DNA of 64,000 nucleotides from IMG/VR virus record IMGVR_UViG_3300027751_000004, positions 32,001 through 96,000 of that record; one strand, written 5' to 3'. The notes under the pieces were generated by a model. The model ran no database searches. It saw only the letters and a program-made list of their open reading frames with translations, and was not told the origin of the DNA. Positions 8,915-16,341 of the stretch are shown piece by piece. A program made the translations under genes and the position numbers. Every line of letters starts with the position of its first letter. The stretch's first letter is position 1. The stretch comes from a virus. Its lineage: Duplodnaviria; Caudoviricetes.

Positions 8915-9529
8915 TTAAGGTTGTAAGTCTTCACCAGCATAATCTACTCGGCTGGTTTCTAAAGTTTTAAATCCACTACGTTTAATAATATCTTGAGTTG
9001 ATGAGTATATCTTACCTCGATCAACTTCGGCTGTCCAAAGTGGACGTTTACCATTACGCATATATTGTATACCATTTCTGTCCAAAAGTAAAGCAGAAAT
9101 TGATGCGGTTTCCCAAGCAGTAGGATCTGGTCGATGAAACAGTAACTCAGAGTCGTTTGCCGTTTCACAATCTAACTCGTATAGATCTTTCCAGTTCTCT
9201 GGTAACTCTTGAGAGATAACCCCATTATGAACAAGAGATAAACCCTCATCCGCAATAGGTTGATTGAATCTAAGGTCAGAAGTGCTATAACGACAATGAG
9301 CAACTGCCTTCATATCTCCATTCTCGTCAACCCAGTCTGCTGGATTATTGTTCTTCATAAACTCAACAGCATCTACTGGCTCTTTAATGGTATGAACCTT
9401 ACCCTCTTTCAGGTAAGATACGCCAGTGGCATGCTTGCCTCTAATCCTAGATTCAATGAATAGGTGACGGATAGAAGATATATCCTTAGCAGTTACGCCA
9501 CTTATCTCAATACCAATTACTGCGCACAC
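8915..9529 (-). CDS. Class II (Ntn) glutamine amidotransferase
   Basis: Cys at position 2 (MCAVIG), RGKHATG, HCRYST, NQPI, VHNGVI, NDSE; GTG start overlaps the upstream TAG. Confidence 0.9.
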   Translation of the reverse strand: MCAVIGIEISGVTAKDISSIRHLFIESRIRGKHATGVSYLKEGKVHTIKEPVDAVEFMKNNNPADWVDENGDMKAVAHCRYSTSDLRFNQPIADEGLSLVHNGVISQELPENWKDLYELDCETANDSELLFHRPDPTAWETASISALLLDRNGIQYMRNGKRPLWTAEVDRGKIYSSTQDIIKRSGFKTLETSRVDYAGEDLQP

Positions 9530-10941
9530 TAGAAGAACTCCTCCAAACTTGCTTTTTCTTCATATGCTTCAGGGTGGTACTTTTCTACCATTTCTCGACC
9601 ACCAGTAGATTCAAGATACTCGTACCATTCATCAGAGTCCCACATTGAAGGTGATACGCCATTCCATCGATCACGCCACATAGGATGCTCTTTGTTAAGT
9701 CTACGATGATCAACAAACTGTCTGCGGATTACCTCATAGTCATACGAGCCAAGCTGTAGCATATCCTCGCGGAAGTAGAATACTAGCGACATACGAAGCA
9801 TATCATCTTCACCTGAGTCAGGTGCTTCGATCGGAGTGTTACCGTGAATGATTCTCATATTATCTACAAGCAGTAGATCTCCTGGACGAGCATTAATAGC
9901 CATACGAACTTCAGGGCAACAGAGATAACCGCCTTTCCAATCTGTACCATCTTTGGTAACTACTGTTAGATTGCTGAAACCCTCATTCAAAGAACCAGCA
10001 TCACGATGACAAGCCATACGTGCGTTACGATCTTTGGTGGTTGTATTTACAGTAATCGTAGTAAAGGTAGTATCCTCGCCAATAAGGAATCGTTTGTCCA
10101 TTTGCTCAGCGCACTTCTGTTGGCGACCATATCGTACAGGTAGCAAACGTTTGAACTCAGCTTCTAGTTTACGAGCAAACGGATAGCATTTCTCAAAGGT
10201 TGTGCGATTATGCTCAGTGAACGAAGTCGGTCTACCAAACGGAATACGAGGATACCTACCATAGAAGCCAGCAATACCAGACCACAATGCTGCTGCGTAA
10301 GAAGTTTGAGAGATGTAGCTATCATATATTTTCTTAGCCGTAACTGATGCTTCACGCAAGTCAGCATCTCTTAGTTCTTCCATTACAGTGTTAAAGAATG
10401 TGCGGTAATCGCCATAATCATTCTCAACTTTAGATCGTAACCAAACAGAACCACGTGCTTCGTTATTACCGCTACCAAGATACTTTTCTTTGATAGCTTC
10501 AAGAGGATCGGAGCCATCAAGAGATAGCGGTTGACCATCCATGTAATACTTGAGGACTTCTACCTGATAGGGAGTTACCCAATCACGCCCACCACTTTTC
10601 TCTACTCGCTCACCTGCTGCCAAACCACGATTATGAGATTCAACCGCAGCATCGAACAAACCATCAAACGCACCTGATTGCTCGTCTGATGTGAATGTGT
10701 TTTTACGGAACTTGAATGCTATTCTATCTTCATTAAGTTCGCCAACCTCACCATCTACATTAGATTCCGCTGGTAAGTATACGTCGGCATCACTATCAAT
10801 TACGATATCGTAGCTTTCTTCCGTAGCAAATTTACCGAGCAAGTCGTCTTGGTTCTCGACAAAAAGAGCAACATATACGTCTTGCCCCTCATCGCCTTTG
10901 AACTTCTGCCACTTGCGACCATTTATATCAATTATTTCCAT
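9529..10941 (-). CDS. TET/JBP-like 2-oxoglutarate/Fe(II) dioxygenase
   Basis: FTTITVN, HxD (CHRDAG), GGYL..PE, RPGDLLLVD, distal His (IHGNTPI), 2OG-binding RxS (RMSLVFYFRE). Confidence 0.85.
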   Translation of the reverse strand: MEIIDINGRKWQKFKGDEGQDVYVALFVENQDDLLGKFATEESYDIVIDSDADVYLPAESNVDGEVGELNEDRIAFKFRKNTFTSDEQSGAFDGLFDAAVESHNRGLAAGERVEKSGGRDWVTPYQVEVLKYYMDGQPLSLDGSDPLEAIKEKYLGSGNNEARGSVWLRSKVENDYGDYRTFFNTVMEELRDADLREASVTAKKIYDSYISQTSYAAALWSGIAGFYGRYPRIPFGRPTSFTEHNRTTFEKCYPFARKLEAEFKRLLPVRYGRQQKCAEQMDKRFLIGEDTTFTTITVNTTTKDRNARMACHRDAGSLNEGFSNLTVVTKDGTDWKGGYLCCPEVRMAINARPGDLLLVDNMRIIHGNTPIEAPDSGEDDMLRMSLVFYFREDMLQLGSYDYEVIRRQFVDHRRLNKEHPMWRDRWNGVSPSMWDSDEWYEYLESTGGREMVEKYHPEAYEEKASLEEFF

Positions 10942-10964
10942 AATATTCTCCTAATACAACGCAT

Positions 10965-10993
10965 ATTATACTATACTTCATACTAAATGTCAA
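10965..10993 (-). promoter_or_regulatory. Perfect-consensus sigma70 promoter heading the modification operon
   Basis: TTGACA-N17-TATAAT, followed by an AGGAG RBS. Confidence 0.85.
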
Positions 10994-11372
10994 GCACTTT
11001 TTTCAAATCAGGTTCAGAATAATCTGGACCCTTTAGAATCTTACCATCTTCACGATAGATGGGTTTACCATCCTCGCCCAACTTACTCATATTAGATCTT
11101 TGTACCTCACGGAAACAAGCGTCAAGGTCAATACCAAATGCGTGTCCTGCGCCATAGGTAACATATAGAATATCAGTTAGTGCGTCAGCAACCTCAACCA
11201 TATCCTTTTCTGCCATTGCTACAAATAGTTCTTGTAGTTCTTCTTTGATAAGTTCGTATCGTAGAGCAACAGTATCTAAATCTGGGAACTCAGGCGATCG
11301 CTTTACTTCCTGCCCAAAGGCATCCATAAAGACATTTACTTTGTTAAAGTTTGTTTGGTAATAGTGTGTCAT
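10983..11372 (-). CDS. MazG/PRA-PH-like all-alpha NTP pyrophosphohydrolase
   Basis: LIKEELQEL, EVADALTDILYV, EVQRSNMSK, REDGKILKGP. Confidence 0.9.
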   Translation of the reverse strand: MTHYYQTNFNKVNVFMDAFGQEVKRSPEFPDLDTVALRYELIKEELQELFVAMAEKDMVEVADALTDILYVTYGAGHAFGIDLDACFREVQRSNMSKLGEDGKPIYREDGKILKGPDYSEPDLKKVLDI

Positions 11373-13894
11373 TGAAAAAAGTCCTCTAGTGATATTTTCT
11401 CTTCTTCGTTCCAGCCGATTGCGGCAAGTATTGGTCTAACAACTTCCAAGAATGCTTTGTCGAACTGGAGGTCATAGTCAACGTATTTATGCAGCTTTAA
11501 ATCTTCGGGTAAGAAGTCTGGGAATGCGATTACATTTTCTTTAATAGGGTTTGGTACTTTAAGATAGGCAAACTTTATCTTTTCGCCATCTTTGATTGTT
11601 TGATACTTACGACCCAAGCCATTAGTCTCAATTTGATTATTGTAGAGTAATGACCCACGAACATGAATAGGTGTACCCTTCCTATAGATGAGTTGGCGGT
11701 CTACCCAATTAGTTACATTAGAAACTCCACGAGGGAATGCTACATCCTCTGGCGGTAGAGTGATAAAGTAATCCTTGAACTGCTTGATTGCCATTTGGGT
11801 TGTAGCTTCATCCTGAGTTATGATAACCTTGAACAACTCTTTGAGTGCTTTACGACAAGATGCGGGAGTAGAGGATTTAACTGCTTCGATACCCATAATC
11901 TTGAGTTTAGGTTCTGCGTATTGAACACCCTCGTTATTATGTACGTTTAGTATGTAACGTTTCTTAGCAGTCCAGATACCAGCATCAGCAATAGCTTCAC
12001 GAGCCATGACCATCTTGTTCTCATAAGCATCCATATACTCAGCTAGGTCGCCATAAGAATTTTCTAGCATAGGCTCGAACTGTTCAGAACAGACCTTATC
12101 AAGCATCTTTACAGTTTCAGCTTTGGGTAAGTCTTTGAAGTATTTATCGACGAGAGGTTCAAAGTTAATATACAACGAATCAGTATCGATGGCGATAACA
12201 TAATCTTTATCTTCTCCGATAATCTTGGACATGAATCGATTAACTGCCTGCTCTGCCCACCTGATCGATAACTGACCTGATAGCGTAATACCCTCAGCAA
12301 TACGCAGGTCAAAGTAACGGAACCAGCGATTACCAATAGCACCATAGAGAGAATTCATCATAATCTTGATAGCCATCTGTTCATTATCGAGAGTGGATAT
12401 CTTTTTCTCTAGTTGATATACTTCGGTCTTTTTAGTTTTATCAACGCCCTCTAGTTCCTGCGTGGCATCTAGCATCTGACGCTTTACTTGTTTCCTGCCA
12501 GCATATAGACTACCAACAACCTCAGGAATAACTCCACAAATATCCTTACGATAATGCGAACCATTTGCTGCCATGGTACAGTCGGGGCGTGCACTTTGAG
12601 GTTTACGACCCGACAAACAAGCATCAACGTTCACCCCCATAGTCGCATCATTTACGATAGTCTCGGGAGACATATTGTACTGCATAATCAGGTGAGGGTA
12701 TAGAGAGTTTAAGTCAAAGGAAACGACCCAAGCATGGCGACCAACCATAGGACTTTTAACAAAACCTCCAGGAAAGTCAGTCTTCATCTTTTCTTGTTTG
12801 GGCGGTACTGCTGTTTTCTTTTCGTATAGTTCTCGATAGAGGAACGTATCCCAAATACCAGTAGTACCAAACGCATCGCTGTAGTTTACCCCAGCTTTGT
12901 ACGCCAGAGTCATACACAAGGTGATGAGACCCATCTTATCTTCTAGTCGGTCAACTAGTTCTACGTCTTTGATATTATAGTCAACGAACTTCTGGTGATC
13001 GTGTTTGTACAGAGTAAAGAGATTACCATACTCCTCATAGGATAACTTGTTCTCCCCCAAAACAACATGGGCAATATGGTCAAGTTTGTATGACTCTTCG
13101 GCAGTATAGGTAAACTTCCTATAGAGATCCAAATAATCTATCTGCTCAACACCTTTGATCTCAAACTTCTGCTCGGTCTTACCTTTGATAGTAACCTTGC
13201 GCTCGTCGATTTTACCCCAAGGTGATAGTTTCTTAGCCATATCCTGACCAATCACTTTAGTTATTCGGTTGATCATATAGGTCATATCAAACAGAGTTGA
13301 GTTCCAACCAGTAATTACATCTGGCATGAACCGAGCATTAGACCAATGGGTAACAAACTCCATAAGTAATCTGGCTTCGGACTCGCACTTCTTGTAGATA
13401 ACTTGATTGTCCTGCATAATGGACTTAGAGGTATCGTAGTCGCCCAGACCCCAAACATAATATATGTTATCGATATTATTCTTAAGAGTAATTGTGATTA
13501 CTGGGTGATCTGCATATTGAGGTTCAGGGAATCCCTCGTCGGAAGCGACCTCAATATCGATGGTAGTGACATTGATAATGTCACGATTGAACTCAATAGT
13601 TCCTGGATACTTTTCCTGAACATACTGAGCAATGTAATTTGTATTGCCGTGAATCTTGAAGTTAGAGGTATCCCCATATTGCTGGATAAACTCCCTTGCT
13701 TCACGCATTGTATCGAAGTCTATTGGCTTGAGTGGTGCACCTGTTAAGGATTTCCAATCACCGCCTTCAGCTGGGACATATAGGGTTGGTGAGAAACGGA
13801 CACGTTCGGAATATTTATTCCCATCACGATATCCACGGACAAGTATGTCGTTAGAGAATCTGCTAACTGAGGTGTAGAAAGTATTATTCATCAT
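11369..13894 (-). CDS. 43: Family B DNA polymerase (T4 gp43-like)
   Basis: ExoI DIEV, SFDLNSLYP, KIMMNSLYG, AIDTDS, KKRY; uninterrupted; C-terminal SLEDFF clamp-binding tail. Confidence 0.98.
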   Translation of the reverse strand: MMNNTFYTSVSRFSNDILVRGYRDGNKYSERVRFSPTLYVPAEGGDWKSLTGAPLKPIDFDTMREAREFIQQYGDTSNFKIHGNTNYIAQYVQEKYPGTIEFNRDIINVTTIDIEVASDEGFPEPQYADHPVITITLKNNIDNIYYVWGLGDYDTSKSIMQDNQVIYKKCESEARLLMEFVTHWSNARFMPDVITGWNSTLFDMTYMINRITKVIGQDMAKKLSPWGKIDERKVTIKGKTEQKFEIKGVEQIDYLDLYRKFTYTAEESYKLDHIAHVVLGENKLSYEEYGNLFTLYKHDHQKFVDYNIKDVELVDRLEDKMGLITLCMTLAYKAGVNYSDAFGTTGIWDTFLYRELYEKKTAVPPKQEKMKTDFPGGFVKSPMVGRHAWVVSFDLNSLYPHLIMQYNMSPETIVNDATMGVNVDACLSGRKPQSARPDCTMAANGSHYRKDICGVIPEVVGSLYAGRKQVKRQMLDATQELEGVDKTKKTEVYQLEKKISTLDNEQMAIKIMMNSLYGAIGNRWFRYFDLRIAEGITLSGQLSIRWAEQAVNRFMSKIIGEDKDYVIAIDTDSLYINFEPLVDKYFKDLPKAETVKMLDKVCSEQFEPMLENSYGDLAEYMDAYENKMVMAREAIADAGIWTAKKRYILNVHNNEGVQYAEPKLKIMGIEAVKSSTPASCRKALKELFKVIITQDEATTQMAIKQFKDYFITLPPEDVAFPRGVSNVTNWVDRQLIYRKGTPIHVRGSLLYNNQIETNGLGRKYQTIKDGEKIKFAYLKVPNPIKENVIAFPDFLPEDLKLHKYVDYDLQFDKAFLEVVRPILAAIGWNEEEKISLEDFFQ

Positions 13895-13901
13895 ATAGTA
13901 T

Positions 13902-13930
13902 ATTATACCGCATTTAATGGTAAAAGTCAA
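13902..13930 (-). promoter_or_regulatory. Sigma70-type promoter for gene 43 (probably leaderless mRNA)
   Basis: TTGACT-N17-TATAAT; ATG lies 7 nt after the -10 box. Confidence 0.8.
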
Positions 13931-13940
13931 GGGATATTTT

Positions 13941-13973
13941 AATAAAGTTGGGAGGGAATCTCACCCTCCCCAA
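13941..13973 (-). terminator. Probable intrinsic terminator
   Basis: GGGAGGG-N7-CCCTCCC stem followed by AACTTTATT. Confidence 0.6.
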
Positions 13974-13976
13974 TCT

Positions 13977-14096
13977 CTAAATTATAGCAGATGGAAACGC
14001 AGCAATAACAATAGTAGCAGGTGCAATCAATAAAGCTGCACTTAAAATTATAATTGCTTCGAATCCAGACCTGATATTATCATGTTTCTTTTTCAT
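13977..14096 (-). CDS. 39-aa single-TM membrane peptide (below the ORF-track cutoff)
   Basis: MKKKHDNIRSGFEAIIILSAALLIAPATIVIAAFPSAII; GGAG RBS; followed by a terminator. Confidence 0.65.
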   Translation of the reverse strand: MKKKHDNIRSGFEAIIILSAALLIAPATIVIAAFPSAII

Positions 14097-14153
14097 GATT
14101 AACTCCAGTAAATTGTGTTTCAACAATCTACTAGGTTTTCGCTGTCAAAACGT

Positions 14154-14606
14154 TTAGTCTTGAATAAACGTTTCTTTCTTTGATGCCCCAGTAGATCCGA
14201 TTTCGATCTTGCGGGGACGCTTCTCTTCTGGGATTACTACCTTCAGCTGAACAGCAAGGATTCCATCCTTCAGATCGGCTCCGTGAACTTCGACATACTC
14301 AGATATTCTAAAGGAACGATTGAACTTCTTGGCACTAATGCCTTTGTGAATATACGATCGACCTCTATTTTTATGTTCTCCTCGAACAAAGAGTGTGCGG
14401 TCTTTGACTTCAATTTCAAGCTCGTCTTCAGCAAAACCAGCAACAGCCAACTCCACCATATAATTCTCATCATCAACTTTGAGGATGTTATGTGGGGGAT
14501 AATGATCGTTAGCGTGTCTTGCGACCTTATCTAACTCGTCGAATAAATGGTCAAACCCAACAAACGCTGAGCGTGGGAATAGTGATTTAACATTGATATT
14601 AGTCAT
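14154..14606 (-). CDS. hsp20: Small heat shock protein (IbpA-like)
   Basis: VGFDHLF, YPPHNI, ELAVAGF, HKGISAKKF, ADLKDGIL, PEEKRPRKIEI. Confidence 0.96.
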   Translation of the reverse strand: MTNINVKSLFPRSAFVGFDHLFDELDKVARHANDHYPPHNILKVDDENYMVELAVAGFAEDELEIEVKDRTLFVRGEHKNRGRSYIHKGISAKKFNRSFRISEYVEVHGADLKDGILAVQLKVVIPEEKRPRKIEIGSTGASKKETFIQD

Positions 14607-14665
14607 GTCTTTTCTCCTTTGTTTAAAGCAAGATTAATATGGAACCCGACAACTCGGCATTCCGA
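14604..14665 (-). promoter_or_regulatory. ROSE-like RNA thermometer in the hsp20 5' UTR
   Basis: UCUUGCUUU-AAAC-AAAGGAGA hairpin: UUGCU pairs with the SD, leaving a bulged G; a second hairpin lies upstream. Confidence 0.7.
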
Positions 14666-14668
14666 CTT

Positions 14669-14676
14669 TATTTATA
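14669..14676 (-). promoter_or_regulatory. T4-type late promoter (gp55) upstream of hsp20
   Basis: TATAAATA. Confidence 0.75.
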
Positions 14677-14694
14677 AGATATAAACTTATGTTT

Positions 14695-14724
14695 GAAAAA
14701 CGAGGGGTAATTAAACCCCCCTAG
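14695..14724 (-). terminator. Probable intrinsic terminator after the YRG peptide
   Basis: GGGG-TTTAATTA-CCCC stem followed by TCGTTTTT. Confidence 0.55.
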
Positions 14725-14733
14725 ATGTTAAAC

Positions 14734-14817
14734 TTACTTAGACGCTTTCTTGACGCCAGAAGTAGCTTTAACTTGTTTGGTGTATTTTACACCTCTGTAA
14801 GTTAGTTCGTAACTCAT
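14734..14817 (-). CDS. 27-aa YRG-motif peptide (DUF4278-like)
   Basis: MSYELTYRGVKYTKQVKATSGVKKASK; AGGAG RBS; LTYRGVKY motif. Confidence 0.7.
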   Translation of the reverse strand: MSYELTYRGVKYTKQVKATSGVKKASK

Positions 14818-14894
14818 CGCATTTCTCCTATTAGGATTATACGATTCTTTTAACGCATGAACCAATGCGGGTCTCTACGTGGACCAAACAATTG

Positions 14895-15560
14895 CTAGGA
14901 TTTCTTTTGAGACTTAATCCATTTAGCAGCAATTTTGTTTTCAGGTGGTTTTTTAGACCACACCATAATCTTCTTGTATGCACTCATAGTCCCACGTTCA
15001 ACGTCTGAACTAGTAGAGTTATCAACAATCGTTAGTCTATCACGGAATAGATTCTGAAATTTACCTATATTCTTTTGTACGTCTTTCCACATATCTTCTA
15101 CGCTATCGTCTGGTAGAGATCTTGATCTGTTTCTGTTACGCTCAAGGGCAGTATCTAAATCGGTATTTACAAAGATCATAGCAACAGCATACCCAACTTT
15201 ACGAAGCATGTCAACCTGTTTCTTGATCTTTGCATAGTCCTTACCAGTGCCGTCTATCACTAGACCAAGTCTACCCTCGACGGCACGTTCCATCTTTTTA
15301 CCAGTAAGTGCCTTTGACTTGGCACGTACATCTTGACCTTGAACCGAAAAGAGAGCTTCTGGATCCATAGTCAACCCAGCTTTCTTTAATCCTTTCTCAA
15401 AAGCATCGTCTGAGTTTATTAGTTTAAACCCTAATGCTTGTAATGCGGTCTTACCGACCACAAAAGACTTACCACTTCCTGGACCACCAGCCAAAAATAC
15501 TGCCTTGAAAATGGCAGGATCGTTTACTCCTTCCTCGAGATAAGTCTTAAAACTTAGCAT
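14895..15560 (-). CDS. P-loop kinase (zeta-toxin/AAA_33-like)
   Basis: AVFLAGGPGSGKS, LINSDD, LVIDGTG, ALERNRNRSRS. Confidence 0.8.
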   Translation of the reverse strand: MLSFKTYLEEGVNDPAIFKAVFLAGGPGSGKSFVVGKTALQALGFKLINSDDAFEKGLKKAGLTMDPEALFSVQGQDVRAKSKALTGKKMERAVEGRLGLVIDGTGKDYAKIKKQVDMLRKVGYAVAMIFVNTDLDTALERNRNRSRSLPDDSVEDMWKDVQKNIGKFQNLFRDRLTIVDNSTSSDVERGTMSAYKKIMVWSKKPPENKIAAKWIKSQKKS

Positions 15561-15977
15561 TTACTTTACACCTATGTTGTACTTTGGACAAAGTTCCCAG
15601 TCGTGTTTTTCTTTATGAGAGATAATCTTAATCTGCCTTAATGGTGCTTTATTTTCTGCTTGTTCTTCTTCAACAAGATCTAATAAACCCCAGTCAGACA
15701 ACAAAGTCGCAATGGTGTTTCTCCTTTCTACGTCATTCTCCATAAGGTTACTCGGTTTACCATCCAACATAAAGAGTTCTTTAAAATGAATGATAAAGTA
15801 TCTACCTTGCTTGTGTAATATATGACAAGACTGATACAGTTTGTTATCCTTACGAGAAGCCACACCCATTCTCGTCAACGTTTCACGAACTTTTAAAAAG
15901 TCGTCAGGATGGCTTAATCGTACTTCCAGCATTGAAGCTGGAGTCCACTCAATTGGTTTTTGATCTTCTAGTTCCAC
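15561..15977 (-). CDS. regA: Translational repressor RegA
   Basis: DDFLKVRETLTRMGVAS, LYQSCHILHKQGRYFIIHFKELF, PKYNIG. Confidence 0.97.
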   Translation of the reverse strand: MELEDQKPIEWTPASMLEVRLSHPDDFLKVRETLTRMGVASRKDNKLYQSCHILHKQGRYFIIHFKELFMLDGKPSNLMENDVERRNTIATLLSDWGLLDLVEEEQAENKAPLRQIKIISHKEKHDWELCPKYNIGVK

Positions 15978-16341
15978 CTTTATCTACCTTATTCTTCAAT
16001 TCAATTAATTGTTCATCAGATAGCAATCGTAACGCCTCACGTGCTCTCTCACTGCCATAACCGAAGTATTCTTTGACCACTTCGATGTTATCAAGGGAAT
16101 CTGCTTTTGCCCACTTGGAGAAGCGTTTTCCCTTCCTAATACTATTTATAAGATAATGAAACTGCAGTTTGTTATCAAGGTGGTGATAACGATTCATCTC
16201 ATTTGCAAACAGTATTGTATCTAGGAACTGTGAGAGACCACGGTTCACGATAAATGGGTTATATCCTTTCTCAGCATCATCATCTACCATTATATCTTTT
16301 TTGGAAGAGTTGATTGACTTTAAGAACTCGAATGGGTTCAT
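15949..16341 (-). CDS. 62: Clamp loader small subunit (gp62-like)
   Basis: YNPFIVNRGLS, LINSIRKGKRFSKW; between 44 and regA. Confidence 0.92.
   Translation of the reverse strand: MNPFEFLKSINSSKKDIMVDDDAEKGYNPFIVNRGLSQFLDTILFANEMNRYHHLDNKLQFHYLINSIRKGKRFSKWAKADSLDNIEVVKEYFGYGSERAREALRLLSDEQLIELKNKVDKGGTRRSKTN

Noticed and set aside
9529-10941. TET acting on 5-methylcytosine with glycosyltransferase tailoring
   Set aside because: No C5 methyltransferase or glycosyltransferase is in the window, and the neighbours are 5-hmU-pathway enzymes. Not fully excluded because the rest of the genome is unseen.
14895-15560. Zeta/epsilon toxin-antitoxin module
   Set aside because: No antitoxin-like partner is adjacent; only the P-loop fold is supported
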